A stretch of 64,000 nt of DNA, taken from Mobula hypostoma (taxonomy: Eukaryota). Shown in pieces: positions 11,521 to 24,959 of the stretch; position 1 is the stretch's first letter; each line of letters opens with the position of its first letter. The position numbers and the translations under genes are program-made. The notes below the pieces were generated by a model. It did not search any database. It was not told the DNA's origin and saw only the letters and a program-made list of their open reading frames with translations. Location: positions 17,920,001 to 17,984,000 of the forward strand of contig NC_086109.1 of assembly GCF_963921235.1 (NCBI RefSeq). Direction: 5' to 3'.

Positions 11521-14500
11521 TTTTCAGTAAGTGCAAATAGCTTAACGGTTGTTCCTTTGGTCTTTGAGAGAAAATTTGCAGATTCTAATGCTTTCTGAGA
11601 TATGAGATCATGGAATTGGCAAATCAAGACTTCGTGAATGATGCTTAATGTGGGGTATAAGTCTCTCTGCATACTCTTGGAACTTTGTTAGCTTGCTTCA
11701 GAGGCACTATCAGAACAAGCTCTGGAAGAAGGAAGACTTCAGATGTAGTAGAGTATACACAGTTTGTGCAAGCAACCAGCTCAATATGATGAGCTCAGAT
11801 TTTCTTCGAACGTCTTGGAAAGAACTTTGTTTCTTTAATATTTCCACACAAAGCCTGTAAAATCTTCAGCTTGCTTGGATTAGATATTTACTGTCAATGA
11901 ATTGTGCTGTGGATATACAAGCTTTATTTCCCTATCAGAATATGAGACTTCATTTTCCCCAGCTCAGCCACTAAGCTGCAAATTCAGATCTACACTGTCA
12001 AAAAAATGTAAACACAAATACTTCAGGTCAATCAACTTTGTAACATAGACAGAGAAATGGTATATACATATAGCAGATGTGCCAGCAACTTTGAGACCAT
12101 TGACAGTACTAGTTACATGCTTGTGAATGGAATAAGGACATGATGTTGCCATCCAGTCTACCAAAGCAATTAAATTTCACCTTCTTGATCTGCCTTCACT
12201 CACATGTCTTGTCTCCAATAACCGAGAAAGCAATAACTGCCTATTGTGATAGGGGCCTCTTCAAGGATTGTCACTTAAAATCTCGAAAATCTGATTCAAG
12301 TAAAAAAGCCACTGCAAAAAGCTAACCTGAGCCTGAATGTGAGCCAAGCCGCACAGAATTCAATTACTTGCACAATTTTCAAGTATTTGATTTTGGAGTG
12401 TGGGTGTCGATAGCATTATCGCCCATTCCACTGCTCTGCCTCTTCAGAGTTAATAATGTTCATGAATGATCTGCCATCTGAAATGTTAATTCTTGTTTTT
12501 CCCTCTACAGATGCTGCATGATCCGTTCAACACGATCAGCATTTTCTTTCGTTTTAACAACATCGGGACTGAGATGTGGTAGGATTAGCAGGTTTTAAAT
12601 GCTAAAAAAAGGCCTTTGTTAATCAGTGACCAATTAAGTCACAATGGTTAGAATTCAGTTTCAGCTTTTGTTATACGAGAGGCTACACTTAGCTGAATAG
12701 CTTATCAGCAGATATTTACCTTAAGTAAATATAAAAATACATAAAACATACTTATCTTCACAATTGAATGCTTCTGTTACTCAAACTATTTTTTTACTGT
12801 TAAGAGAGTGTTCTTTTTTTCCCCTGATTACAAATTTCCTTGATTACAGCTCAAATCTGACAGTGGAACCATCTGGTGAGCATGCACAAATCACAACACC
12901 TCTCCAACATAGAAAGCAAGATGAGATGTCGATAGGAGGCATTTTCTCCTTTTGTTCTCTTCCTAGTCTTCCACACACAAACATCACTTTCTTCTGCGGT
13001 TCAAAAACACACAAAAACAGTACAAGGACGTTTTGCATTCCAGTTCAAAATATATAAAGCCTTTATGTTAGCTTCCTTTTCCTTTCACATTGCTACATTT
13101 GATGAAAGGATTTACAGAGATTCAGATACATGGTGCATTTTGCCAGAGGTTGTTACACACACGATATGATGTTTGAATTCCATTAATCTCTGCTGCTTTC
13201 TATTACCACAGTTTTTTGAATAATGCATTTAGGATCAAAGCATTTTAAAAGCCTTGCTCCTAGATACATTTGATAAATTCTAAATTATGTTTTTTTTAAA
13301 TTACTGCCCTGAAATGTTTATTTTAATCTTCAGTTGTGACTTTCACTAATGTTATCAAAAGTAAGGGAAACAGTTCCCTTACTGGAAAGAAACCAACTAA
13401 ATTACATTTGGGATTAGGGAAGAGAAGCTCATCAATTTTCTTTTCTCAATAAAATCTCACCGAGGCCATCAGGTTTACCTCATTGACAATCTGCATTGAA
13501 CCAGCTAATCTCAGTTCCGTGATAAATGGAAGAGGTACAATTAAATTTAGACACTCCGGACCAGTGAAGGGAAAATAATCTGCTCGGGATCTTATTCCCA
13601 TTCACTGTGCATGCTGGATAAAGCTCCTTTAGGTGAGGGTGAGATCAGACTTGGTTCACTGCTTTCCCAATGATTGAATATTCTAAACTTAAGCTTTAGT
13701 TTTCCATTTGCGATTCTTAGTGGAGAACATTATCAACTGTCAATGAAAAATAGTGGATGCCACTTCTGTCTGCATCAGTTCAGGGGAGAGCCATGACTTA
13801 CTCAGAGATTTACATGCCAATGCCTGAAGTCACATAAATTTAGATTAGATTAGATTCAACTTTATTGTCATTGGGCCGAGTACAGATACAAAGCCAATGA
13901 AATTGCCAATTGGCTACAGTTTATGCAAATGTCTCCATTCTGTCACCTATATCCCATCTTTTCCCTAAACCTCTCCAGCGGTCTGTATTCCACTAGAAAT
14001 CCATATCCCTGGCAGAAGCCCGAACTTCAACAAAGACATGGATCCCGTACTGCCTCCTATCTCTCAGCAGCCTGTCTCTCCCCATGCAAAGGTCTGTACC
14101 CTTCTGGAATCTGAATTTCTACACTGAACAAAAACTAGAGAATTAATTAAGTAATGACTGAGGCTTTCTTTTTTTAAAAAAGATGGTACCTGTTAACCTC
14201 TCACTGTAACACGTTTAATAGGATATAATGGGTTAGAGCCAAACAATTGGCTTATTTGGCTCATTCACATGCTTCTCTGTGGCAAATAAAGTCAATTGCA
14301 GATGACAGAATTCTGAAATAAAAAGAGAAAAGAGTGGAAAACTCAGCAGGTCAGGCAGCATCTGTGGAAAGAGAAGCAGTTGAAGTTTCAGATTGAAGAC
14401 CCTATCTTTGGTGGCCTGACCTATTGAGTTTGTCTCACACATTCTGTTTTGTTTATTTTAGTTTTGCTGCAGTATTTTTATTTTAAATTATACATAATAT

Positions 14501-14644
14501 ATTTTACCTAGATTAATAATATATATTAAACATCCACACACTATGATACATAGTCATAGTGTTATATTATATTTATATATATGGAGTAAAAGGCCAACAG
14601 CTACGTGCACAGGCAGGGGGGTCAATAGCAAAGTTCAGAGATTT

Positions 14645-15135
14645 GAGACAACATAGAAAATGCTGGAGCAACTCAGCAGGTTGGGCAGCATCTATAGACA
14701 GGAATAAGCAGTTGATGTCTCGGGCCAAGACTCTTCATCAGATCGACCCAAAACATCACAAACATGAGAAAATCTGCAGATGCTGGAAATCCAAGGCGAA
14801 ATACACAAAATACTGGAGGAACTCAGGCAGCATCTAGGGAAATGAATAAACAGTCCATGTTGATGAGAAGTCAGAGCAAGAAGGTGGGGGGAGGGGAGGA
14901 AGAAGCGCAAGGTGGCAGGTGATAGGTGAAACTGGGAGACGGAGAGGGGGGAAGTAAAGGGCTGGAGGAGGGGTAACCCGATAATGGAGGACAGAAGATC
15001 ATGGAAGAGAGAAGGAGGAAGAGCACAAGAGGGACCCCCAAAAAAGCCTGTTTCTTCCTGACCTGCTGATTTTCTCCTGCAGTTTTGTGTGTGTTGCTGT
15101 GAATTTCCAGTATCCACAGAATCTCTTGTGTTTGG
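14645..15135. mobile_element. Penelope-like terminal-repeat cluster (tandem and inverted fragments)
   Basis: Two copies of AAATGCTGGAG(G/C)AACTCAG..GGCAGCATCTA, a purine-rich pLTR body, then an inverted copy CCTGACCTGCTGA...TTTCCAGTATC. Confidence 0.65.
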
Positions 15136-16229
15136 AGATTAGAGGCAACTGGGAAAGGGGCCAGTGTGGGAAGATGCCTCATTCCCCTTGTAGGAAGCTG
15201 TAACTGAATGAATCCCAATGCAAGGCAATAAATCTGGAATTACATAAATATTTGAAAATGACCAATTGCAGAGTTAGGTGCACAGAGTAGAAGATTGGGA
15301 CTAATTGCACAGCTCTTGTCCAAATAATCTTCTATACTAAAACTCCTTATGATTCTGTATATCAAAACATAACTCCAATTGCTGCTAATCAACGGCAGAC
15401 TGACAGTTGGTAAACTTGCAGCGAAGACTTTGGAATCAGCCGTAACTTCGGCACACATCAGAGTAACACCGCATCTTTGTTTTGACACCCAGTACTACAG
15501 GAGAGAGAATTCATGGAAATAAACCAGCCGCCGCTCCCTCTGTTTAATTCCAGGGTATGAGCTGTAATCGCGCACAGAAGACACAACCGGGGCATACACT
15601 GCGCGAATTGCCCTTTACGCTTTATATAATTATTAAGGTATTACGAGCGAAATAACTTCCTGGTCATATCTACTACCTTAACATCTCCTTTCTCTCCGTA
15701 GTATTTAAAACACTTCTTTAAAAATCAGTGCATTAAGATCCAATATTCGGAATGTTACATTTGGAGATGTTCTGTACGAAAACAGGTGACCGTCTATGGA
15801 AATCTCCGAACGCTGGGATATTTAAACGATTCCGACCTACAATAAACACAATGTACAAGGATAAAGAAAACCGCGGTGTTCGGATTAGCTCACCCGGTTA
15901 CTGCGTTGCTAAAAATATTTAAGAAATACAGAGCTGGGTCAAAATCAACAAATAAAATTTACATCTTAGAGGTGAGACACACAGATAAAATCCAGAAAAT
16001 CAGGTTGATCTGCATCATAACGAGATCCACAGTTAAAAGTAACCTGGTCATCAGAGACAAAAGATGTCAATTTTTAAACAATATTTACGCACGAATAGAA
16101 GAATATTTCTCCCCTCCCCCGGCATGTTGTTTACTGTCCATTTTCACCCTCTTTATGTTTGTACAGCGCCTGGGCTCTCTCCCTCTCTCCATTTCCCCTA
16201 ACCGTTTGAATGCGGGGTGCCCCACTCAC

Positions 16230-16379
16230 CGCTGCTTTACCCGGCTCTCTTGTGTGGGCGATTGCTGAGCGCCAGATCCCAGTTTGCCTCGGCAGGTCCA
16301 CTTTAATTGATGGTTTCTCCCTCTCTTTTCCTCTCTCTCTCTCCTCTCTTTGCCTCTCTCTCTCTAACATACACACACA

Positions 16380-16441
<62 letters not shown>

Positions 16442-16533
16442 CACACACACAAACACGCACACAAAAACACGCACACAAAAGCCAAGACGGCAGCTCAAGA
16501 ACTAGGCACCCAATCGATGTGCAAGAACGACAT
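16230..16533 (-). other. Candidate first (5' UTR) exon of an unidentified minus-strand gene
   Basis: Start placed ~30 nt downstream of the TATA box (approximate); ends at donor GCG|GTGAGT (16230/16229); contains (GT)n and (GA)n tracts. Confidence 0.5.
16315..16478. repeat. Compound (CT)n-(CA)n microsatellite
   Basis: Directly visible. Confidence 0.95.
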
Positions 16534-16556
16534 CCACTTGACACGCGTCAATCCTC

Positions 16557-16563
16557 CTTTATA
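16557..16563 (-). promoter_or_regulatory. TATA box (TATAAAG)
   Basis: Minus strand reads GGCTATAAAGGAGG inside the CpG-rich region, ~330 bp upstream of a GCG|GTGAGT donor. Confidence 0.5.
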
Positions 16564-17255
16564 GCCTCTGCTAGAGAGAAAAAAACCTCAAAAAGCTCCC
16601 ACCATCAGAATACCGACGTTTTAACCGAACGTTAAGATTTTGCACGCTGCTCACTTTAAATCTCTGTATATTTCCCCCCTCTTGCCTCTAGGTGTTGTTG
16701 ATAGAGAAATCCAGTAACTGCGGACCGGGCGACCAGCCTCGCTCGCATCACTTTTGTTAATATAATGGGAATAAAACAAATACGCACATCGATTTACGCG
16801 TCAGGCAGTCGGGGTGGGGGGACGACGGCTGAACATTATTTCTCTTGCAAACGTCCCTCTCCCCTGTCTCATCCAGCGGAGAGGGAAACGCATTCGGGGG
16901 CACTCCCACAACAGAGAGACGGGTAGAAGGAGGGTGGGAGGTCCGGGTTTCGCCTGCTAATGATGTCTACACACCGACGGAACCTGTTCTGTTTTCTTGG
17001 TTCGGGAGAAGAGAAAGAAGAAACCGAATTCTGAAAAGTTTAATAAACCTTAACCTTATATTGTGAAAGGTAAATTTATCTTATCTTTGAAGAACAGCTC
17101 TGGAGGGAGGGAATCTCAGAGAATGCATAAACATGTCTTAATTAACTTAGATCCCTTGTCTTTGTAGAGACAGAAGAATGCTCTTTTAAAACGAGGTTTT
17201 AATTCACTGAAAATCTTTGACATATAAAACATGAAACATCACATAATTCATTGAA

Positions 17256-17600
17256 ATCTATCGAATGTTAAAAGGCCTTGATAGAGTGGATGTGGAGAGA
17301 ATGTTGCCTGTTGTGGGAGAGAATAGAGGGGTGTCTTTTTTGAACGGAGATGAGGATGAATTTCTTTAGCCAGAGAGTGGTGTATCCGTGGAATTGGTTG
17401 CCACAGACAGCAGTGGATGCCAAGTCTTTATGCATATTTAAGGCAGAGGTTGATAGATTCTTGATTGGTCAGGGCATCAAGGGATAGGGAGAGAAGGCAG
17501 GAGATTGAGGCTGAGAGGAAAATTGGATCAGCCATGATGAAAAGGCGGAGTAGTCTTGATGGGCCAAATGGCCTAATTCTGCTCCTATAACTTATGGCCT
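17256..17600 (+). mobile_element. CR1 LINE 3' end
   Basis: AAAGGCCTTGATAGAGTGGATGTGGAGAG... to GGCCTAATTCTGCTCCTAT; closely matches 27700-28250. Confidence 0.85.
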
Positions 17601-17804
17601 TAAAATATCAAACAGAGAAAATCATCCCTCCACAAGGCCACATCCATAAACTCATACATGTACATATGCAAAACACATATGTGCATATAGACAAACACAT
17701 ACTGTACATTTCCCTACACATGCTCAATGCCACACAGGTATACATGGTTCCATGTTCAGCAGGCCATATATACAGTGTCTATAAAAAACTGTTCACCCCC
17801 CTTA

Positions 17805-17805
<1 letters not shown>

Positions 17806-17855
<50 letters not shown>

Positions 17856-17869
17856 CCCTACACACACAC
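17806..17869. repeat. (CA)n microsatellite, preceded by a lone Tc1-like TIR fragment (about 17773-17803)
   Basis: Directly visible; TA-CAGTGTCTATAAAAAACTGTTCACCCCCC lies just upstream. Confidence 0.9.
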
Positions 17870-18214
17870 TAGGCCATACATGCATGCAAAATTTCCCCTT
17901 TAGAAATCAACCTGGGGAGCAACGGAAGCACAAGAAAATTGGCAGATGCTGGAAGTCCAAGGCAAAACACACAAAATGCTGGAGGAACTCTGCAGGTCAG
18001 GCAGCATCTATGGCAAGGAATAAACAGTCACCGTTTGAGGTTGAGACCCTTCATCTGAGGAGCAAATAGAATTGATTATTATATTGAATATGCTTCATTA
18101 CTTAATCCCAAAACAATTTTATGAAATCAGGTGGTGCAATGGATCTGTATTTCTGGGAGAGAAACACAATCCTGTTGAAGCTAATGTGGTGAACATTTCC
18201 AATGTATGCTGGCC

Positions 18215-18684
18215 TGTGCCTAATGAAGTAGCCATTGAGTGTATGTTCATGGTCTTCTGTAGCTGTAGCCCATCCACATCTTCTGTGCGCCACTGATATA
18301 ACATGTAGTTATTGAGTTACTGCCACCTTCCTATCAGACCCAGTCTGGCCATTCTCATCTGATCTCTCTCATTAACAAGCTGTTTTCACCCACAAAGCCG
18401 CCACTCACTGGATATTTTTCACACCATTCTCTGTAAACTCTAGAGACTGTTGTGTGTGAAAATCCCAGGAGATCAGCAGTTTCTGAGAAACTCAAATCAC
18501 AACATCTGGCACCACTTGATCATTAAGTCACTTAGATCACATTTCTTCCCCATTCTGATGTTTGGTATGGACAACAACTGAAGCTTGTCTGCGTGCTGTT
18601 ATGCATTGTGTTGCTGCCACATGATTGGCTGATTAGATAGTTGCATTAACGTATGGGCGTATCTAATAATGTGGCCACTGAGTG
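18215..18684 (-). mobile_element. Non-autonomous Tc1-like element (same family as 6314-6874)
   Basis: Shared internal sequence and right TIR GTGGCCACTGAGTG-TA. Confidence 0.8.
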
Positions 18685-18694
18685 TAATTATCTG

Positions 18695-19333
18695 TTACCA
18701 GTGGCAAGAACGGTGGGGTGGGAAATAGAAACTACTGCTCCTGTAGTCAGAAGTGTGGCTGTGAAGTCGAGCTGAGGCACATTCTAAAGAAGCCGAGAAC
18801 TTTCGATGTGTGCAACAGGATGTTGGAGATATTTTACCAGGCTGTTGTAGCGAGTGCAGTCTTTGCGGCTTTATGTTGGGGGAGCAGCATCGGTGCTGGT
18901 GATGCAAAAAGACTGGTCCCATCCTCAGCTACAACGCGGACTATATTGAGTTAGTAGTGGAGGAGAGTTCACTAGACAAACTGTTATCCATGATGGACAA
19001 TCAGGAACATCCTCTCCATGGCCTACTGAATAAGCAGCGGAACACCCTTTCAAACAAGGATCATTACAGAAAATCTTTCATACCTAATGCAATGAGCGTA
19101 TACAACTGTTCATCTCCGTGCGACAGGAGAACACACTTCAGAGTACAATAGTCCCTGTTTTATTATTTCATACTTTATTATTTCACATTGGTAAGTTATT
19201 ATTATCTATATTATTATTCTGTACTTTATTATCAGTTAAGTCTGCATACTGCTAAGTGTGTTTTTAAATGTTGCTGCATAACGAAAGGATTTCCCACTGG
19301 GGATCAATAAAGTAGTCATTATTATTATTATTA
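18695..19333 (+). mobile_element. Rex1/Babar-type LINE 3' fragment
   Basis: FDVCNRMLEIFYQAVVASAVFAALCWGSSI, MDNQEHPLH...YRKSFIPNAMSVYN; GGGATCAATAAAGT and (ATT)n tail. Confidence 0.8.
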
Positions 19334-20082
19334 GTGAGTCTGATATAGAAATGCTTGATGCTGGCACCAAGTACCTGAAATGGAAAGTGACCTACAGTAC
19401 TTTTCAGCACAAGCATCCTTTACCCTGATGATTAGAAAGAATCACATCCAAGAGAAACTGACTGACATGAACCTTGTTAATTTTCAATATATGGGCTCTA
19501 AAATAACTCTAATTATATTAATGATGCAGCTAGTAGTTTAATTTGTTCCAGATCAATAACATTTTTCTCAGGTACACATGGGTAGTAAATGAAAGAAACA
19601 TATGGAGAATCAATTTTAATTTCTGCTATTTAAAGGGAAGAGGTTTAGTGTTCATTAAAAGTAATCATAGCTGCATGATGGAATATTTCCCATCTTCTTG
19701 TCTCACTCAGGTTGCTCAAAAGGTCAACCGAACAGCCCTGTCAGATTGGTGTTACGATAGACTATGACTTTATGGATGTCAGCAATCTAAGTAATCATTA
19801 CCTTACAACAAAATGGAAACAGAATGTGCTAGCAACATTTAGCAGCTCAGGTGGCAAGGTTTTAGATGGATATTTGGAAAAAAGTTAGAAATACTTCACA
19901 TGCAAGCAGGGAAGTGGGAACTGAAGAACCTGAGTCTGTGTGTTCTTCCTGTCACCGCATGGATTTCCTCTGGGTGCTCTGGTTTCCTCCCACGCTCTAA
20001 AGACGCACAGACTAGTGGCTGAATTGGTCATGTGGGTGCATTTGGGCAGCTAGGGCTCATTGGGCCAGAAGGGCCTGTTACT

Positions 20083-20401
20083 TGCTCACTGCCTGTTATG
20101 CCTCTGATATTTAGGGCAGCAATGATGGTCCTCCATCTCAGTCTGAATGGAAAGACTCTTCATTGCTGTTTCCTTAACAATTATTTATTGACTAGTCAGG
20201 GTTGTCAGCCTAGAGCTGAACCCCCGTACCTGGAGGACTAGTGGACCACTCTTAGTTTGGCCTCTCACCTTTGACCTGTTTGGCATGGGAGACCTTACCA
20301 AGAGACAAAGCACAAGGCCTGACTCCAGCCAGCATAGCTTTCAGAGTCATTGAAACACGTAAGCCTCCAAACCCTACGACAAGGTTGCGGTGCTCTTGGA
20401 G
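20083..20401 (-). mobile_element. Short non-autonomous RTE-type retroposon inserted in a V-SINE (about 19930-20460)
   Basis: Reverse-complement homologue of 24632-24959; imperfect TSD CAGAAGGGCC(TG/GA)TTACT at 20066-20082 and 20402-20418. Confidence 0.65.
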
Positions 20402-21289
20402 CAGAAGGGCCGATTACTGTGCTGTAATTCTAAATAACATTTAAAAAAACAAAAATAAAAAGAAAGGTCTGTCTTAACCATTTAATCTATTTGAGCCTTT
20501 CACTAATCTTTTCTTATTGTCTATTTTTACATTAAATTATTTTTGGGGCTAAGAACTAACAAAGTGTCTGAATTTTGAGACTGTTGCAGAGTCCTTAAAA
20601 CAATGATTCGAGAAGGAGATCATTTCCTGCCCAAAGTTACATCTCACTTCCATAATATACAGTAGAAACATTGGCAATCATCATAGCTTTTATAATAAGA
20701 AAGAAACATTTTAATTATATGTGCACCAGGCAGCCTCTTAACAATGGGAAGTGAATTCCTTATGGGTGGGTACTGTGATCAACCAGAACTGTAGATAATT
20801 ATAACAGCTTTTATATCTTCTGTAATTAAATCTCTTCTGCCTTCCATTTTACCACAGACCTACACAGTTGCTCTTTCTTTTTCTTACCTCTTGTATTTCT
20901 TCTAACTCTTGCTAAAGCTTGAGATTAACTCTCTAAGTCCTTCCACAGATGCAGCCTGATCTGGGGGTTTCTAATAATTTTCATTTTACTTTGGATTTTC
21001 AACATTTGTAGTATTTTGGCTTCTGGATCAATTTACAAAAGCTGAAAGCTTGCGATTTGAGCCATTTGAGTCTTTACAGCAGATCCTGATTAATTTCACT
21101 TCTCACTATTAAGGAATGTGGGCAGTACTCATTGTGTGAGAGGATACCAGAAGCAGGTATATTAAGATATCTTTCTGCCTTATATTTGGATTGTGTGCAT
21201 TTCCCATAATTTTTTTTAGCATGGTATTGAGATGGAATGTTTGCCTGACAAGGGGAGTCTTCCTATAATTGGTAAAGAAAGTTGTTGCA

Positions 21290-22070
21290 AGGGCCTGTAT
21301 TGCAAAAGAGCTGGAGTTTAGACATAGGGAGGCTTTGTGACATTCATTCAGGTGTTGGTGAGGCCACACCTGGAGTACTGTGCACAGTTTTGTCTCCCAT
21401 TACCAAGAAAGGATATAGTAACGCTGGAGGCAGTCCAAAAAAGATTCACCAGACTAATTCCTGGGTTAAGAGGATTGTCTTATCAAGAGACGCTGAACAA
21501 GTTGGGTCTGTGTTCTTCGGAGCTTAGAAGAATGAGAGTGGATCTTATTGAAATCTGTAAAGTTCTTAATTGGCATGACAGGGTACCAATAGGAGCAGCT
21601 TAAACAAAGGGATTTACAGAAAGGAATAATAAGGAAAGAAGTGATTTAAAACTGAATTACATAGAAATGTCTTTTTGCAGAGGATGGTGAATATCCTTCT
21701 TACAGAACTATGGAGCCCAGATGTCTGGAACTATGTAAGGTGGAGGTAGGTACATATTTGAAAGATTGAGTGATTGAGGGCTATGGTGTCACGTGGGATG
21801 TTGGCTTATTTGCTGGTCGAAAGCCGCTTCTGCCATGTCGGTCGTTGATTGGCCTGTTTAAAAGTTGTGACTGCTCTTTCCCATTATTTGGCTTGTTTGA
21901 TCAAATCTTTCACTGTTTGGAACTAAATGACTCACATACTTATTCATAGTGAGTGCCTTCTGTCTCACTCATCAAATCCGTGAACCTGCTTCCACATTAC
22001 ATATGGGCACAGTGAAGGCCTGGGACAGATCAGACCTGATATCATTGAACGGTGTGACAGGCTTGAAGGG
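21290..22070 (+). mobile_element. Old CR1 LINE 3' part, interrupted by a solo LTR
   Basis: LVRPHLEYCAQFCLP...LEAVQKRFTRLIPGLRGLSYQETLNKLGL (CR1 ORF2 C-terminus). Confidence 0.85.
21787..22001. mobile_element. Solo LTR (215 bp)
   Basis: Begins TGTCA, ends TTACA; exact 5-bp TSD TATGG at 21782-21786 and 22002-22006; interrupts a CR1 3' end. Confidence 0.75.
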
Positions 22071-22196
22071 AAATATATATATTCATGCAGCACTGTTAAA
22101 GTGAGGCACAATCTTGTCCACCCATTGGATCCATTTTCACACAACCATCGTGTGAAACTCTTAACCTGGCTATCTTTTTGGGAGCAAAATCTACTT

Positions 22197-22500
22197 CAGA
22201 ATCAGAATCGGAATCACGTTTAATATATGGCATGAAATTCATTAACTTTGCTGCAGCAGTGCAATGCAATACATAATAATCGAAAAAAACTGTGAATACA
22301 GTATACAGTTAAATTAAATAAGTAGTGCAAAAATAGAAATTAAAAAAGTAGTGAGGTAGTGTTTATGGGTTCAATGTCCATTCAGAAGTCAGGTGGCTGA
22401 GGGGAAGAAGCTGTTCCTGAATCACTGTGTGTGTGTCTTCGGGCTTCTGTGCCTCCTTCCTGATGGTAACAATGAGAAGTGGTACATATCCTGGGTGATG
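22197..22500 (-). mobile_element. Rex1/Babar-type LINE 3' end
   Basis: (CAGAAT)n tail and GGGGAAGAAGCTGTTCCTGAA...CCTCCTTCCTGATGG (LLPSGRR...RNSFFP on minus). Confidence 0.75.
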
Positions 22501-23167
22501 GTAAGTTCTGCTCTATTTTGACAAGTGGGACTAAGCCCAGACATGGAGGACCATGGAGCAAGTGCTGGTAAATGGGATTACTGCGGGTGGGAAATTAATG
22601 GTCAGCATGGGCTTGGTGGTTTGAAGAATATGACTCTATGACTTTATAAGAAAATTCAGGAGTATTTTGCAGAGTCATATAATTGCAGATTTTAGAGGTT
22701 GCTGTGTGCAGACCGTTTCCTATATTGGCACTAGTGTACACAGAACCTAAAAGAGTGTAGCGCAGGAGTGCACTGTATCTCTGATGACCATGAAGCCAAT
22801 CTAAACTAATTCCATCTGCCTGCACGTGGCCGATATCCTTCCATTCCCTGTCTAAGTGCCTCTTAAACAAGCTATTGGATTTCTGAGATGGTGTCAACTA
22901 TAAATAAATGCAAGTGTACTTTTTATCTTTTTAACCAATTTCCCCCGGGATCAATAAAGTATGACTATGACTATCTTTGTTCTCTTAAACTGCCTTTTCC
23001 CAGCTCCTTCATTATTTCAATATAAGTCAGGAGCACATGCTTTTGAGTAACGTTCAAGGTCTTGTATTGACTTCTGTAAATTTTCCTCATTTTTTTCACT
23101 GTTTCTTTAAGTGGATTATCATCAGAGATCACTGAGATGGAGTTCCATTGATAACTCTGTGGACTGG

Positions 23168-24480
23168 ATAGCAGTAACAGGATCGGTCCGAGTCAGCATG
23201 GATTTATGAAGGGGAAATCGTACTTGACTAATCTGGAATTTTTTGAGGATGTAACTATGAAAATGGACAAGGGAGAGCCAGTGGATGTAGTGTACCTGGA
23301 CTTTCAGAAAGCCTTTGATAAAGTCCTGCGTAGGAGATTAGTGGGCAAAATTAGGGCACATGGTATTGGAGGCAGAGTACTGACATGGATTGAAAATTGG
23401 CTGGCTGACAGGAAACAAAGAGTAGCGATTAATGGGTCCCTTTCCGAATGGCAGGCGGTGATCAGTGGGTTACTGCAGGGTTCAGTGCTGAGACCGCAGC
23501 TGTTTACAATATACATCAATGATTTAGATGAAGGGATTAAAAGTAACATTAGCAAATTTGCAGATGACACAAAGCTGGGTGGCAGTGTGAAATGTGAGGA
23601 GGATGTTATGAGAATGCAGGATGACTTGGACAGGCTGGGTGAGTGGGCGGATGCATGGCAGATGCAGTTTAATGTGGATAAATGTGAGGTTATCCACTTT
23701 GGTGGTAAGAACAGGAAGGCAGATTATTATCTAAATGGAGTCAAGTTTGGAAAAAGGGAAGTACAATGAGACCTAGGTGTTCTTGTACATCAGTCATTGA
23801 AAGCAAGCATGCAGGTACAGCAGGCAGTGAAGAAAGCAAATGGCATGCTGGCCTTCATAACAAGGGGAATTGAGTATAGGAGCAAAGAGGTCCTTCTGCA
23901 GCTGTACAGGACCCTGGTGAGACCACACCTGGAGTATTGTGTGCAGTTTTGGTCTCCAAATTTGAGGAAGGACATTCTTGCTATAGAGGGAGTGCAGCGT
24001 AGGTTCACAAGATTAATTCCCAGGATGGTGGGACTGTCATATGTTGAAATATTGGAGTGACTGGGCTTGTATACACTGGAATTTAGAAGGATGAGCGGGG
24101 ATCTGATTGAAACATGTAAGATTATTAAGGGATTGGACACGCTGGAGGCAGGAAGCATGTTCCCGCTGATGGGTGAGTCTAGAACCAGAGGCCACAGTTT
24201 AAGAATAAGGGGTAGGCCACTTAGAACAGAGTTGAGGAAAAACTTTTTCACCCACAGAGTGGTGGATATGTGGAATGCTTTGCCCCAGAAGGCTGTGGAG
24301 GCCAAGTCTCTGGATGCTTTCAAGAAAGAGATGGATAGAGCTCTTAAAGATAGCGGAATCAAAGGTTATGGGGATAAGGCAGGAACTGGGTACTGATTGT
24401 GGATGATCAACCATGATCACAGTGAATGGCGGTGCTGGCTCGAAGGGCCGAATGGCCTACTCCTGCACCTATTGTCTATT
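23168..24480 (+). mobile_element. Young 5'-truncated CR1 LINE (RT domain, ORF2 C-terminus, 3' UTR)
   Basis: VYLDFQKAFDKV, QGSVL, SKFADDTKLGG, LVRPHLEYCVQFWSP in three ORF pieces broken by stops; CTATTGT-type tail; GACTGG duplicated at both flanks. Confidence 0.95.
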
Positions 24481-24631
24481 GACTGGGGTCCTGTGTACAA
24501 ATAACATATAAAACACCCCTTGCTGATGACTTTTCATGAATAGACTTTGGATTGATAGAACAAATTAAAGGGCAGCTGGAGCATACTTTGTGCATCCAGC
24601 TTCATTACTGGAGGATCTGGCTTGAAGTCCT

Positions 24632-24959
24632 CCAAGAGGGCCACAGCCTTGTTGTAGGGCTGGAGGCTTGCATGCTTCAGTGACCCAGAGGGCTATGCCG
24701 GCTGGAGTCAGGGCCTTGTGCTTTGATTCTTGGTAGGGTGGCCCATGCCAAAAGATCAAGGGGTAGAAGCCGGACTAAGAGAGGTCCACTACTCCTCCAG
24801 GTTTGGGGGTTCAGCTCAAGGCTAACTACCCTGACTGGTCAAAAAAAAGTTACAGAAACAGCAATGAAGAATCTTTCTATGTCTGTGTGCAGGACAGACA
24901 GAGATGGAGGACCTTCACTGCTGCCCTCAGCACCAGTGGCATAATGGGCAGGAAGTAAG
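24632..24959 (+). mobile_element. Short non-autonomous RTE-type retroposon
   Basis: RTE-like 5' motifs (CCTTGTTGTAGGG...GGCTTGCATG...GAGGGCTATGCCGG, GGTAGGGTGGCCCATGCCA) joined to an RTE-like 3' end (QDRQRWRTFTAAL) and AAGT tail; 14-bp TSD TGGCTTG(A/C)AGTCCT. Confidence 0.7.

Larger units (their letters stand above)
15500..17030. promoter_or_regulatory. CpG-rich promoter region
   Basis: Visibly high CpG density in non-repeat sequence compared with the CpG-depleted flanks; contains a TATA box and a strong splice donor on the minus strand. Confidence 0.6.

Noticed and set aside
16131..16635. ORFs of 137-141 aa with CV/HT repeats
   Set aside because: Translations of the (CA)n/(CT)n microsatellite, not protein-like.
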